A stretch of DNA of 64,000 nucleotides from positions 137,770 to 201,769 of the forward strand of contig OZ199839.1 of assembly GCA_964304625.1 (NCBI GenBank), written 5' to 3'. How positions within the stretch are numbered: position 1 is the first letter of the stretch; every line of letters begins with the position of its first letter. The translations under genes and the position numbers were made by a program. Under the pieces are notes generated by a model. That model was given only the letters and a program-made list of their open reading frames with translations. It was not told where the DNA came from and searched no databases. Shown one piece after another: positions 26,660 through 40,776 of this stretch. The DNA comes from Kudoa neothunni. Lineage: Eukaryota > Animalia > Cnidaria.

Positions 26660-27528
26660 CACCTTAGTCTTTCAAACTGCCTAATAACAATCGGCGGTAG
26701 TTTTTCAACCGATTTAATCCCTTCAGGTTGAATTCGTTTGATGTGGCATAGCTTTCACCTAAGATATAACAATAAAAATACCTTAAAACGTTGCATCTAC
26801 CTCGGTCTCGAGTCTCGGAGTTGTTAATAGAATGATGCCGTCTCATCAATGTTATATACATCATCTGGATTAGTATTTTCCAGAATATTTTTCAGTTGTG
26901 GGAGCCAACTTTCAATTGCAATATTATTTACACTACCAGCTTCTCCATAAAATTTAATATTTTTTAAATTAAAAAGTCGCTGGAAACCAGCCATACGTTG
27001 CGTTGGGATTAAGTTTTTCTTCTAAACAAATTTTATGTTTCTCATTGATAATTTCGATAGATGATATTTCAATATTTTTCGAGTGCACCAAAAGTATCCA
27101 ATCATAAACTCTTTGATCAATATCTTGATTTTTTCTTCTTTTTCGTTTAAGATACCTTCGAGAGTAGATATTGAGGATATGTTAAATTGTTTAATGGTTG
27201 TTGTTTTCGCTCCACGCCTTGGCTGAGTTTCAAAAAACTTTATTATATCATACTTCTCCTTTAAGTCCTAAATCGATTCTTATTGCTGCTTACACTTTTG
27301 CCACCAATCAAAAACAAGAATCTCAACGCACCCCAAAAGTTATGGACCACAGGTCACTACAAATTATTCCATAATAAATATAATTAATTTAAAAATATTT
27401 GATTTATATTCTAAAGATAAAATAAATGTTTTTAATTAGTTTCACAAACAAATAGCTCATTATCTACTTATGCGTAAGTTAGTTTTGTAACATTTTCTCG
27501 AATTACGAACTACACGTCACCCACTGTA
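26660..27528 (-). mobile_element. Tigger/pogo-like remnant
   Basis: Minus strand reads KEKYDIIKFFE (HTH-like), VYDWILL and ATYGWF (ASxGW motif). A TACAGTGG terminus lies at about 27521-27528. Confidence 0.5.
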
Positions 27529-28823
27529 TTATGAACATTAAAAAGATTAATAATTATTGTATTTATCAAATGAAGGATTATCTACAATATTTGACTAACA
27601 AGGAAAATTAATCTTTATTGATATGTTAAACAAAAAGATTAATATTGTTATTATTGCGACGGACGGCGCATCCCGATTACAGCCGGAGTATGAGGTATAG
27701 TGGAACCTACGCTTTTGATGTAACTCCCGTTATGTCGATAGGTTAGTTAATGTAGAGCTATAGAACGATTTTCCTCTTAATTTTAAACGAATTGGTAAGT
27801 GAAACAATAGATAGAAATGATTTTGCATGTGACGGGCAATGAAGCTGGGTTGGTTAGCGTTTAGTTCCTCCCTCCCCTTCACCCCCCCCCCCAGTTAACA
27901 TTGATTCATTGTTGTTATTTCTCCTAATTATAAATGTAACAAAGCAGTTGAATTACTCGTTTTGTTTTAAAATAAGTATTACAACTGAATAAGTGCGATG
28001 AGAGTGTTGCTAGGTGCTCTTTCAAATTTAATGCTAAATCGGTATATACGAGTTTGAGCGTGTTTTTCGTCTATCAACTCTCATATATGAGCATTCCACT
28101 CAATGTGTATGTGGGACAGCCGTAGTAGTTGTCTCCTGCTGCCAACTCGAACTGGGACTATGAATAACTGAATACAGTCGAAAATAAGCACCAGGGGTTA
28201 GAATAGTATAAGCTTAATGACGCTTGCTTAAGTAATTTCGCGACAGATTGCCCATTTTTGGAAGCCAAGGTTTTAGAAAATGCAGAAAAATTCTTTTTAT
28301 TATACAAAAAGAACGAAGCGGAGATTTTTTCCTTATATTTCGAAGTAATTCTCTATAATTTATATAAATGTCATAACCAATCGTAATAATCACTTAATTT
28401 ACTCGTGAGATTATCGATTGTTATTATTCAAAAAGTTTTGTTTAATTTATCTTAATCGCTAAAATATTTAGTTCTAGATTATTAAATTTTTGTATTTAAA
28501 TGCAACGTAAAATATAAGGATTTATTAAATAATTACTTGAGTGCGAGATTTTATTATTGCAGGGTTTCGCGAAATGATAACCGAGTTAAAAAATCATAAA
28601 AAAAGTTGCTGAGTAAATTAATATTTTGTATAATTTATGAAAAAAATTCATAATATAGACATAGGAAATAAATCATGGTATTCGCGCGTGTATAAATTTA
28701 CGAAGCGTGAAACTAAAATTCGTTGGTTGGGGGGAGGAATTAAACATTAATCGAAAGCTCATCATACCTTATCATATTCCATACTTAGTTTATTAGGGAT
28801 TTATTGGACTAATTCTTTTATAG

Positions 28824-30664
28824 GTAAACTTGGTGATAGCACCCTCACCCACAAGAAAAAAAACGTCAGGTGCAAATTTTGGCCTAATTGCACAAAATCT
28901 TCTGGGGAATGCCGTTTTAGGCACCAAACAATTATCTGCACGTATTTTATTAACTTTCTGAACAACAATATGGTTTTTATAATTGGGCTTCTTTTTTTTC
29001 GAATGTGTATTTTATGGCAATGTTGACTTTTTCAAACAGAAAGGGGAAAATAAGATTTGTCCCTCAGTGATGGATGCACACGTGGCATGTTTTTTTTACT
29101 TTTACCACCTAGTGTATAGGAATTTTTCACTGCTAACGAGATTAATCATTTTAAATCGCCGACCTTAAACTACTTGAAACTTGCCTGTCAACAAAATAGA
29201 CTTTATTATCGTTAATTATTGTCATGATTGCAATCAGTTTTATAGAAATTTATAAAAAACGCTTATGTGCTATTTAAAATTGCAAATAAAAGGAAATATT
29301 GGTTCTATATTGGGTTATTTGTAAGCTTTATAAGCTCACTGTTGGATAAACTCATAATCTTATAATCCCATAATTTTATGTTGGTAATGCGCAACGTTTT
29401 TCTTTCTTAGAATTAACTAATGAAAAATCATGGAAAATTAGTAATAGAAGGTTAGGGGCAACCGTTATATTTATGAGTCGCAACATTTCGTATTTATTAT
29501 TTGATAAGAGTTTGGTGAAGTACGACTGGCGGCTTAATTCACGTTAAATATAAACTTTATATTGTAATAAATTAATCTGCGAGTTCTTGGATCCTAAGAT
29601 CGGTCGGTGTCTGCAGAATGCCACATTTTAAATGTATACGTGTTTATAATTCTATAAAAAATTATTCAATACTTTAACAATAAATTAGCCATTTCATTCA
29701 TGTGCTATTTTTAATTCAAATATTCTACATTTGCCAAATTAATAATTTGAAGTTTATCGCGCTTGAACAACCGACGGATTTTATTGTTTTTATTAACATG
29801 ATAAATCTTGGTATAAGACTCAAATATTTAATCAAAAACATTATATCTATGAGCATAATGTTTTTAAAATTATCCAACTTATCAAACAATAAGTGATTAT
29901 GTTTAATGCCATGATTTCAGTATTTGTTATTTTCTTTGAATAATAAACTCTGAATATATAAATAACGTAATGAAATATAACCCCGATATTTTTTAACGTT
30001 GTATAAAATCAATGACATACTGATATATCTTAAATAAATATTTTATAATTAAAATCGCTATAAATCTAAAAAAACGAAGCCCTTTTATGATATGATAAAT
30101 TATAATATATTTTAACTGTGTATCATTTTTAATATAGTAATTTCCCAAATTGCAAATACAGAAACAAATGTTTCTACATTCATCCCTTTTGTAAACTCGG
30201 CGCTGAGTAAATAGTTTCGTTATTGATATGAGATTTTAATTGTTTATCAAGTTGTCACAACAAGACCTGCCCATACACTCATAAAAATCAACAGATAAAA
30301 GATGTACTCTTTTCAATCTGCGATATCCGCCATATTAAAGATCGTAATGTTGGCGGTGACTCCATGTCTAGTTGTAGTATATCTTCATCTGGAATTGTTT
30401 TAAATCTTTTTTCTCCATTTAATCTATCTTTAGCTCAATCCACGTCCAGATCCCAAAATGCAATCAAAATTGATGAATCTATTCCATGCAAATATGGAGT
30501 GGATTGTCGCAACAAGCGCTGTCAATACAAACATGACAACTACAGCGACGATGCCGAAATTTCCCACTCGGAGAACGGTACTTTAAATAAATCTCTCAAT
30601 TTTTATTCCGTAAATATGATTAGAAACAAGTTTTCCAAGAAACGATCATGTTTGTGATCGCTAA
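28824..30664 (+). CDS. ZC3H14: ZC3H14/Nab2-like tandem CCCH zinc-finger poly(A)-RNA-binding protein, 3' exons
   Basis: Exons 28824-28941, 30138-30206 and 30252 onward join in phase: VRCKFWPNCTKSSGECRFRHQTIIC(T)NFPNCKYRNKCFYIHPFCKLGA(D)CHNKTCPYTH ... PCKYGVDCRNKRCQYKH, matching the ZC3H14 finger array. 5' exons were not located. Confidence 0.8.
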
Positions 30665-32677
30665 GTTTGTTTCAAAATGTAATTTACTTGACTTAAATTA
30701 TTTGTTTCCATTATTAATTCAAATTATTTAGTTGTTTGGTTCATGTAATCACGTGAGCTATGTTAACGTTTTTTTGTTTTGTTTTTGTTTTTCATTTTTT
30801 TCCAGGATATTTAAATTTGATAAGGTTTTTTGGGTTTTTTCACCATTATGGTTCCATCATAATGGTTTTTTCCGAGTCACAAAAATTCTATTTTTAATTC
30901 TTTTTTTTTAATCTTAAACGTGACTTTTTTTTCCTTATCACCTTTTCGTTTAGTTTAATTTTTATTTTTATTTTTTAAATTTCGGTGTTTATCTGCGCAT
31001 TGCAATTTGCACACGCTAGGTTTATTAGAGTGAATACGTTCTCTCTTTTAATGGATAATTTTCTCTTTTTTTTACTATTTAAGTTTTTATTGACTTATTT
31101 CCTTTGACAATTTTGTTTTCATATAATTGAAAACCGTATGCGCAACTTAGTAGGTTTTAAAACTTTGGAGGTTTGCGCTATTTTTATTCGGTGGTCATCG
31201 TTCTGATGTGTAGGTAAATATTGAGACCATTCGGTTCCCCATATCTTTTTCACATAATCAAATGTTTAATATATATTTTAATTAAAATAAAAAGATAATT
31301 CTATACAATAATTTAGAAAAGGTATGCAAATTTATACACTATTAATAAAACTAATTAAGAAATGAGAAACTTAATATTACATTCAAAAATGGATATTGCG
31401 CATTTGGGAGGATTGGCAAGAAAGTACATAATGCATATTCCGAAATTAATATTTATGCGATTGCGTACACACTAACAACCAAATTTAGATATTAGCCTTA
31501 AAATAGGCGAATGCACAATTATTTTTGGGAAACATCTACTATAAATGCTTATTTTTCGTTAGATATTATAATTTTGTGTATCCTCTCCATCATTTGATAG
31601 AAATCACTCAATCCAACTCCATTATAAAGTAAAATACCACGAGTATTTTCTAGACGATATTTTTTAGTTTCTCAGAATTTACAACATATTTTATATGGTC
31701 AATTGTGACGAGCCTAGCATCACGTTGAACATTATCGATTTAAATTAATTAAATTTTTTCATCTTTTTATAAAATTTATCATTGGTTATTATTAGCGTAT
31801 TATCAGTTAACAAAACATTGTAATTATACTATCTAAATGTTATAATTTTTATATTAAAATATTATTAAATAATACTTTTAGTTATGCTTTAGTTTATAAA
31901 TTTTTTGTAGTCAATTTTATTTTGTAAAAAAATAGTTTATATACATTATCATTAAAGTTTAAACATTGAAAATATCTTTGTCATAATATTGAACTTTTTT
32001 TAGTTTTACTGCATAGTCATTCTTGTATAAAAAATCAAAGGAATAACATAATTTATAAAAATAATTCGCAAGTATCTCATTTTTTAAAACTAAAAAATAT
32101 TATTAAAATACAATGTTGGTGAAATAGTCTAACACAGACTTTATGTCACCGTTTCATTTGATTCGAATTATATATTTTTTATTTATCATTTATTTAATGT
32201 TGTTAACATTAGAGATTTATTTATATGTTTTCTTGTGGAAAAAACGTAATCTTCAGATGATTAGTAGAATCGGTACTATTAATTAATAGAGGATTATTAT
32301 TTGATTATCCATTGAATTTTCTTCGTAAAATAAGTCTTTATATGTAACTTTTAACATTGATTAGCTATATATTCATTAATTAATACCGATGTTCTTCTAT
32401 TGTTTTTAAATTCGTAAATGGTATATTTTACTTAAATATTTATTTTATATATAAAACCGCGAAGATTTAAGATTTGAATTACGTAAACATCCACATAAAA
32501 GTTGACCTTTTTAAATTTATTGATCTAACTTCACATTCGCATATTTTTCTAAATTAATATAGCTAATGTAATAATTTAATCAATAGTTTCTTCCATATCG
32601 GTATTCAATTATTCCTGACTGGCCTGTCCTTATATTGGCGGTAAATCCAGTTCTAACCGATTGCATTGGATGATTAA

Positions 32678-35600
32678 CCCTTCCGGACGAAGCGGGGTAG
32701 GTAGTTCATGCACCCCAATGTATGCATTTGTTGAAATTTTCCTCTTTAAATTTTAAAGAACTTTATTTCGCTTCAAGTAATCTTCCAACATAATTATTGC
32801 TTCTTATTCTTGTAAATAATATTTTTATTATAAAAAAACGTCCAAACAGATTTTAGAATATGAATAAAAGGCGAATGAGCCCAATAACAGTTAGTTTTTA
32901 ACTCTCACCGACGGAGCCCTATGGGTTATCGCAATAATAAGAGATTATCAAGAAAGTCGCGCGATTCACGTTTTAGTTATCCAGTTTTGTAAGTGTATGC
33001 CAACATATGAAAAATTTTGCAAAAACTTAATATTTTCATAGAAAAAAATTCCCCAAGAAGATAATTCAGATGCATCATTTTATGAGGATTGTGTGGAATA
33101 TCCTGAGGACTTGGAGAATCAAAAAATGAACGATGACGACAATGATGGGAACCCAATTGAAATATCGACGTCTAAATCAGGATTTCAGTGGGAGTGTGGT
33201 TTAAAATTCAAAACAAGCATCAGTTTCCACAATTTTGTCAACTTTAATTCTGGCCCTATCGATGATGCAAGCAATATCTCGGATATTATGTCATCAGTCA
33301 TGCTGTTTTTTTTCTAATTTTGCATTAAAAAATACTATTGTATACGAATAAGTCTCGGCAATCCGTCGATCGTTATAACAGCACAAATGCAATAACAATG
33401 GAGGAATTGATTGCAGCTGGACGTGGTAATGGATCCAGAGCGGGGGTTATCAATGTGGGTTCCATAAACCTACAGTGATAAGAAAAATTTAATAATAACG
33501 CACGAAATCTGTACAGATTTTATCGTATGATGTCAGCGAATTTTCATTGATAGTTATGTTGGGTCTCGAGCCTTCCACGAATTGGCGCCAAAACGGAATC
33601 CCCGTTGCGGCAACAATTGGAAACCATGTCCTTCTTTATTCAAAGAGTATTTGGTCCCCGTTTCTCCATGAATTACACCACTTTCACCATTCCTTCGATT
33701 TGGTGAAGAAACGTGGGACCAATCTGCCCCTCAACATTGACCACATTAAGAAACTATCTTGCCATCGAAAGCGATGGTGCAATTTGTCAGAAATGAAGGC
33801 CGGACAACATCGGGATTTAGAGCCCCTCACCTTATTTTAACTAATGCCATATCTTGCTAGGACACTCTTTCATGCTTTTTCAATTAACTTTGTGTTTTCT
33901 TTTGGCGTTTGGCGCGTATATAACAAGCTAAAGTTTGCAACACTGGTGATGGCTGGCTTTTGTCGGTTAACTACGCACCAACCCACATGCAGGAAGATTG
34001 TGCTGCCGTGCTAATAACAAATATTTCTTCTATTCAATAAATTATTTTAACTACTTTTAAAGATATACGATGGATAGTTGGTTAAAAAAGATAAATAAAA
34101 TAACATCTAAAGAAGACAATGAAACGAATATGCTTGCCAACAAATGATCTGCAAGGACTAATTTGAAAACTATGGAATACATTCCGTTTTATTCTGAACA
34201 GCAACCAGCCAAGAAAAACCACAAATACGATCCTCAATATATGTCATGACTTTACTGGTACTAGCGATGAAGAAGCTCCTGACTCAATTTATTTACTTTG
34301 CCATACAAGATTAGCTAACAGTTTGCTGCCACCAGCAAAGTTGAAAATGCAACTGAAGCGTCATATAAAGCTTCTTACCATATTTCTCTTCATACCGAAA
34401 CTCACACTATTGGTGAATCATTGATAAAACTTGTGTCGAAAAATGTAGTTTCATGTATATTTGATGAAAAGTCTGCTCAAAAGGTTGAATCAATGTCTCT
34501 ATCCAAGGATACGGTATCGAGGTGTATTGTTGATATTTCTGATGACATTAAAACGGAGCTTATTTTACAATTGAATGCATATGGTGCTTACGCTTTGCAA
34601 ATGGATGAATCTACAGATGTGGCTGGACTAACAATTCTACTCGTGTTTGTTAGATATGACTTCAAAAAACAATTGAGAAACATTTTCTTTTCTGAAAAAG
34701 TTTACAGCTTCGTACCGAAGGAAAAGATACATTTTATTGTGTTGATAATTATATAACAAAACATAGTATCGGCTGGGATAAATGCATTTCAGTGCGCACC
34801 GATGGAGCGAAGGCTATGATGGGAAAATTATCTGGCATTGTAACTAGAATAAAAAATTTCTCAAAAAACTGCAAGAATAATCACTTCATTCTTCACAGAT
34901 ACGCATTAGTGGCAACAAGAATTTCTGCTTCGTTAAAAATGGTTTTGGCGAAGTTGTGCAAATGATCAATTTTATAAAAACTCGGCCATTACAATCAAGC
35001 GATTTTTCTTTTACATACAGAGGTTAGGTGGCTTTCAAGAGGAAATATAATGGTGAGAATGGTTGAATTGTCCGAGAAATTAAGAAATAATATAGCTCTA
35101 TCTCGTAAGTTGAAGTTCTGGCTGTTTTCCACTTCTTACTAAATTTCTACAAGAGTCTGAAATGGAATTAGACACAGAGACGCCTGATGTAATTAAAGAT
35201 CATCTTAACAGTTATGAATATTTCTTATTGAATATTTTCCTAACTTGGAGTGCAAAGAATATTATTGGGTACAAAATCCATTCACAATAAAAAAAACCAA
35301 CAGGATTTCTAACAGAGGATTACGAGAAATTAATTGAAATCACATCCGATATTCAGTCAAAAGTTAAACTTGAAGAATATCCTAAAATATCTAAACAGAC
35401 CATAAAAATACTTCCACCCTTTGCAACAACATGTTGGTGTGAATCAGGATTTTCGAGATATGCTGGCACGAAAACTAAGTATCGAAGCAGACTGGATGCT
35501 GCCCAGATATGAGAATCCAATTATCAAATATAAAACCAACTTTTCAGAGGATACTTAAGTCAAAAAAACAACTGCATTTATCTCATTAACATTTTATATT

Positions 35601-36200
35601 CCAATATATTGTGCTTTTTAAATTGTTTCTTTATTATAATATGTATTTTCTAATTCAATTTCGATAAATGTTACAAATACAATATTCTATTTACTATAAT
35701 AAATATCAACCCATTAAATTTTGCTGAACAAATATTATAAGATAATTTAGACAAGGGTTCCATTCAAAAAAAAACTATTCGCCTGTTACACATATAACGA
35801 TTGATGAGCGAATGGTAGGTTGTCGCTGACGTTAGTATGTCATATTTACTGAACGTTCAGCCATACATTGGAAAAATCGGAAACGTCAAAGAAAGTAAAC
35901 AAGATGAAAGGTTTGTCAAGGATCTCATTAGTCTGTTTTATGGTAGTGGACGAGGATTAACCACCGACAACTTTTTCACTTCCGTTCCTTTGGCCTTATT
36001 TTCGTTGTAGAGAAATACAACGTTCACTGGGAAGCTAAGGAAAAATAACAGATATATACCTGAAATACATCGAAACAACGCTAATCGTAATGAACTCTCC
36101 TCAAATTTTTGTTTCTGTGACAACTTGAAAATTGTGCCGTATGTTTCGAAGAAGAGTCATAATGTTTTTCTATTATCCAATGAATTTAAAGACAGTTAGG
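32678..36200 (+). mobile_element. Decayed piggyBac split by a nested hAT insertion
   Basis: TTAA|CCCTTCCGGACG at 32674-32690 and an acidic N-terminal fragment at 33010-33340. The sequence resumes after 35770 with NYSPVTHITIDERMVGCR and YGSGRGLTTDNFFTSVPLA...GKLRKNNRYIPE. Confidence 0.8.
33440..35765 (+). mobile_element. hAT Buster/Charlie-type transposon (ZBED5/SCAND3/FAM200-like transposase pseudogene)
   Basis: Transposase 34070-35589: MDSWLKK, HTIGESLIK, SLSKDTVSRCI, YALQMDESTDVAG, TDGAKAMMG, LHTEVRWLSRG, PFATTCWCESGFS..TKTKYRSRLD and a terminal HLSH*. Many stops and frameshifts; outer boundaries approximate. Confidence 0.9.
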
Positions 36201-36745
36201 TTGAACAACCACAAATTCGTTATTTATGAAACATATATAGATTTTTTATCCCATTGAAAACCATTAATAGAACTTATAAAATATACTTATCAAGTTATAT
36301 ACGTTAAAACTCCGCAAATAAGGAGTGTGTTTAAACAGACACCCAAACAGAAATGCCAACCTTATATATAAAGATAGATAGAAGCAGTTAATGAACATAT
36401 GATGGAGCATATAAAGGAGATAGTTAACTTCAACCGACCATAACCATGAAATAAGCAGGTGCTAATCCTATAGTTGAACTCATTTAATCCGAAAAACCAA
36501 CTTTAAATCGATAAAATCACCATTTCATAAATACTTTTTGGAAACTTTCGTAGTTCGAAAACAATTAAACAATTTTTTTAAATATCGCAAATTTATAAAA
36601 ATTTTATATATGACTCTCTACAAGGAAAAAATTATCTGCACATGCGTACTTAGGGGCATACACACACAAACAAACATACCGACAGTCCTCTTTTATATAT
36701 ATAAAGGATTTCATATCTAAGATCTTTTTGGTAATGGTAAAGTAT

Positions 36746-38017
36746 GCGGCAACTAAAAACGTCCTCTCGCGAATGTTTTTCGAATTTCTTTTTTTACGAT
36801 TATCCATAATAAAATAAAAAAATAAGGAGAGAGAAAATTTAGCTTAAAATAATAACTTCTAAATTTTAAGAATTTTTCATCCGAATGCTGTCGGATACAC
36901 TTGCGATCTCCATCTTTTTTCCAACAAACATTAAATTGTTGTCTAATTTGTTTTGATAATCACTCATGAAACTGGATATTCTTCATATGTTTTAGCATAT
37001 AAACATAAATTTTACATTGTCAGATTTATCTATACATGTTTTATTAGTTTTAATTGTGAATAGTTTAAAAACGAGGACAACCACGTTCTCTTAAAATGAA
37101 TTTTCTTAATATTTTTAGGACTGATGAGTGTTTTTTAAATAAATAAACACTATATTTTAGATGAACATTTGATTTCAATAGGTAAATAATTAAAGTTTGA
37201 TTATATGAAGTTATTATTTTATTAGAGGAATTTTTACGTGTGTTTAGTATAACATTCGACAAACTTAAAAATGTTGTTAACAAAATTCCAAAAATTGTCA
37301 TTTCTATACATTTATTAGTTTTAGTCAATTATATGTGTACCTTTAAAATAATAACCTTATTAAAGACATTAAATTTACACACAGTAATATTCTCAATTCG
37401 TGTATTTCCCCCAATTTGTTATTACTAATTTTCGACATACACAAAAACTTACAAAACAATAGAAATATAGCCTAATATTTTTTTTGAATATATTACAGAT
37501 ATAGCAAGGTGAAACAGTTTTATATTGTCATTTTCAAACATTATGTTTCTGAATTTTAATAATAAAAAATTTAATTAATTCTTAATTTTTAACAATAAAT
37601 TAAATTAAAAAAATTATAAACTAAAAAAATTGTACAACATCAGTATCTATTTTTTAAAGTTCGAAAATTATTTTCATTATAATGAAAAATGAGATCTTTT
37701 TGTGAGACACGCAATAAGTTTATATTTAAAGTTAGTCCATATAAAATTGTTATATATCAATAGTAAAAAATCTAATTAGTAATAATAAATAATTATTGAG
37801 TTAATAACTAATAGAGAAACTAAAAAAATTCAATGCTTATTGAAAAATATGAAGATTATACGTGTATCCGACCGAGTTCGGATGAAAAATTCTTAAAATT
37901 TAGAAGTTATTATTTTGAGCTGAATTTTCGCTCTCCATATTCTTTTATTTTATCATGGAAAATCGTGAAAAAAGAAATTCGAAAAACATAGGCAAGAGGG
38001 TGTTTTTTAGGTGCCGC
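36746..38017. mobile_element. Foldback-like non-autonomous element with inverted repeats of about 155 bp
   Basis: 36746-36900 is the imperfect reverse complement of 37862-38017, including the exact core AAAATAATAACTTCTAAATTTTAAGAATTTTTCATCCGAA. Confidence 0.9.
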
Positions 38018-38068
38018 TGCGGCGTATCCACATATTAAAAATAGCGCGTAATCGTGCGCCAACGCTAT

Positions 38069-38140
38069 GGTCCATAGTCAAATAATAAGGTCTCGCCACT
38101 TTTAGGTTTGAGGGTCATGGGTTCGACCTTCGTCCGTTAC
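38069..38140 (+). repeat. tRNA-derived (SINE-like) remnant
   Basis: A-box-like TAGTCAAATAA and B-box-like GGTTCGACC at tRNA spacing, but no intact cloverleaf. Confidence 0.35.
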
Positions 38141-38544
38141 ACCGCGTACTTTATCATCATCATCTTCGCACACGAAACGCACGAATGATTTCGTTCGTGT
38201 TTATAATTATGAAGAAAACTTCGTTCGCTCATGACTCGAATGGACATTGTTCGTTAAGAATGTTTATGGACTTGATTCAGATGTCAGCGTTGAATGCTTA
38301 CAATATTGTCGAAAACTGAAGATAAATTCCTATATTTCCAAGATTAAATGGTTCTCCTTGGAAACATATGAACAAATGTCCTTTGATCACTTCTTTGGAT
38401 TAGATATTGGATTATTATATTACAATATCCACTTTTATTCGCAGTTTCCCAATCCTTGATTAAAAATAATAGTAAAGATTTGCTTAATTTTCGTGTTTAC
38501 TGACGATAACATTCACAAAAATGTATTTCAATAGCGATTATTAA

Positions 38545-38771
38545 CCCTCAAAGGATAACCTTGGGCTCCACGCGCCCATCTTTATATTCTTTTGTTTATA
38601 AATTTTGTTGTTAAGCATGTTATATTTTGTGCATATTCGTCAGGATTTCATCTACATTTTGGAAAAAGCATTATCTACCAACCGACATAATAAAATTAGA
38701 TAAAGGTTTGGCGAAATTACACAAAATAATAGGAGGGTAGATGCGCGAATCCAATGGTTAGCCGTTAAGGG
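38545..38771. mobile_element. piggyBac-derived MITE, family A copy 2
   Basis: TTAA at 38541-38544 and 38772-38775; collinear with 5934-6182 apart from a small internal deletion. Confidence 0.9.
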
Positions 38772-38801
38772 TTAAAAGAAAAATTATAATATTATTTAGA
38801 A

Positions 38802-39497
38802 TCTATATATATATTAAGTTGTAGTGTCCGTGTGCACTAATCTCCTCCTCATACAGAGACTTTCTTTAGTATTTAAGATTATTTTTGTACTTTAAAAAAT
38901 ACAAAATAAATTAAAAAAATACAACGGGGTTGTCTGCTTTCTTATAAAGTGATGAATTAGTAGTGTAAACTTTTTGTAAACAGATTAGAGCAGATGATAA
39001 TGAGATTAATTTATCATATGGTTTGCTAATAGGTTCAGTGATATGCGTAGATAACTTTAATTTATATTATTTAAATACAACTGAAACTTTTAAAGTTTAC
39101 TCTTTTCTACTTTTGAACGTACTTAAGACGATCTATAACATTCGTTCGTGCGAAGGCGGGAACTCGGTGTAAACGAAGATTTGTTGTTTAATCGAGAGAT
39201 TAATCTGCATGAATAAATTATTTACTTTGCACGTTTGATTAAAGATAAAAAGTTTTAATTATTTTTTAAATAAACATAAAATGATGTTAGAACGTTATAA
39301 TTAAATGAAAATAAATCCAATAAAGATTAAAGTGAAGATGATCGGATTATTGCTGCTTATTTCGATCAATAATGTAGTCAAAAGAACGCTAAAATAATGA
39401 TAATTGACTTTGAACTTAAAATGACCTTGGTCTACTCAAGGCTTTAATCTGCGTGGCCGGACAAGAAAGCCCACGCAAAGGAGGGCTTTTGCGCTAG
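38802..39497 (+). mobile_element. Non-autonomous Helitron
   Basis: 5' A|TCTATATATAT...GTGTCCGTGTG. 3' hairpin AAAGCCC-N10-GGGCTTT followed by CTAG|T. Inserted between A and T with no TSD. Pairing of these two ends is inferred. Confidence 0.6.
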
Positions 39498-40776
39498 TAA
39501 AAATATGAATCAATGTATTTATATTTTTATAACTTAGAGGATAAAATTTGTGTTTTTAAGATTATATTTAATGTTGCAATTCCTAAAATTGAAAATTATT
39601 TGTTTATAATAATCAATAATCGGCTCATACGATCATATCAGCTGCCGACCCCTGTATTAAACATGTCTTAAATAGAAATCTGATGTTGTATAAATTTATA
39701 CCGCATTTTTAAAGAAAAACGTTAATTTTGTTTTTCTGCGTTCACAATTACTCCCATACTTAGTGTGGGGTACCAATGTTAAAACGCATTATATGCAGTG
39801 TTTTGTAATATGAACCGCCTAAATTCAAATAATTCTAAACTTTAAATAACGAATTACTGATCACAAAGAAAATTTGTCATATTAAATCTTTGGATAAAAG
39901 GTTACAATTATTTGGAAATATTACAACTTCAAAGCTCTGTCTGTCTGTATGTTTAGAAAGAAAGATATTGATTTATTACAATAATATTCATATTCAACCA
40001 TTAGGGAATTTTTCATATTATAATGATGCTTATTTTCTCCATAAAATACCAATGTTATTATTTGATAACAAAATAAAAGATGGTCCTTTATTAAATTATG
40101 TTAATGCATTAACCAAACATAAGTTGGCGCTGTCATGGTAACGACACGATTACAATAATCTGTTTTATTAATTTATGAATAATCAATCTATTTGGATTTT
40201 AAAATATTAAATCATTTTCTGTTTTAATAAGTTAAATATAAAACCAGGCTATTAAAATCAGAGTCATCTCAATAACCACCATCTTAACAAACAGATCAAT
40301 ATGGTTAATCATCTTAAATTCACAGGATTAACATTATTAAAAAAAAGTATTTGTCGTAAAAATGATAACTCTGGATCGTATCTAATTAAAATAATTAGCT
40401 CACTCAATAGACTAAGATTTGAAACCAGGAAATGATTAAAATAGTCCCTAGCTCGAATCGAAATAATCTTTCGTATAGTTGAAAATAACATAGGATTGTT
40501 TGAGAAAAATTTTGCCTGTACAATCTTGTAATCTAGTGATAAAAAAATTTATAAAAAGATTATAAAAGGCTTAATTAAGTTAGCAAAGGATTAAAAAAAA
40601 TTAGTTTGAATCACCTTTTTATAGAAGACCCCACATTCAAAGTGATAGAATATCATCAATAAACGTGTGGGTTAAGTAGTTTAATTCGTTTAGGTGTTAA
40701 ATTGGAGTTATTGTTTGTGTGTGTCGGATTTGTTACCTAAGGAGATTGATTGGCGTCCCTACGGAGGTAACTTGAA

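Noticed and set aside
38069-38140. Functional tRNA gene
   Set aside because: Acceptor and D stems do not pair convincingly; treated as a SINE-like relic.
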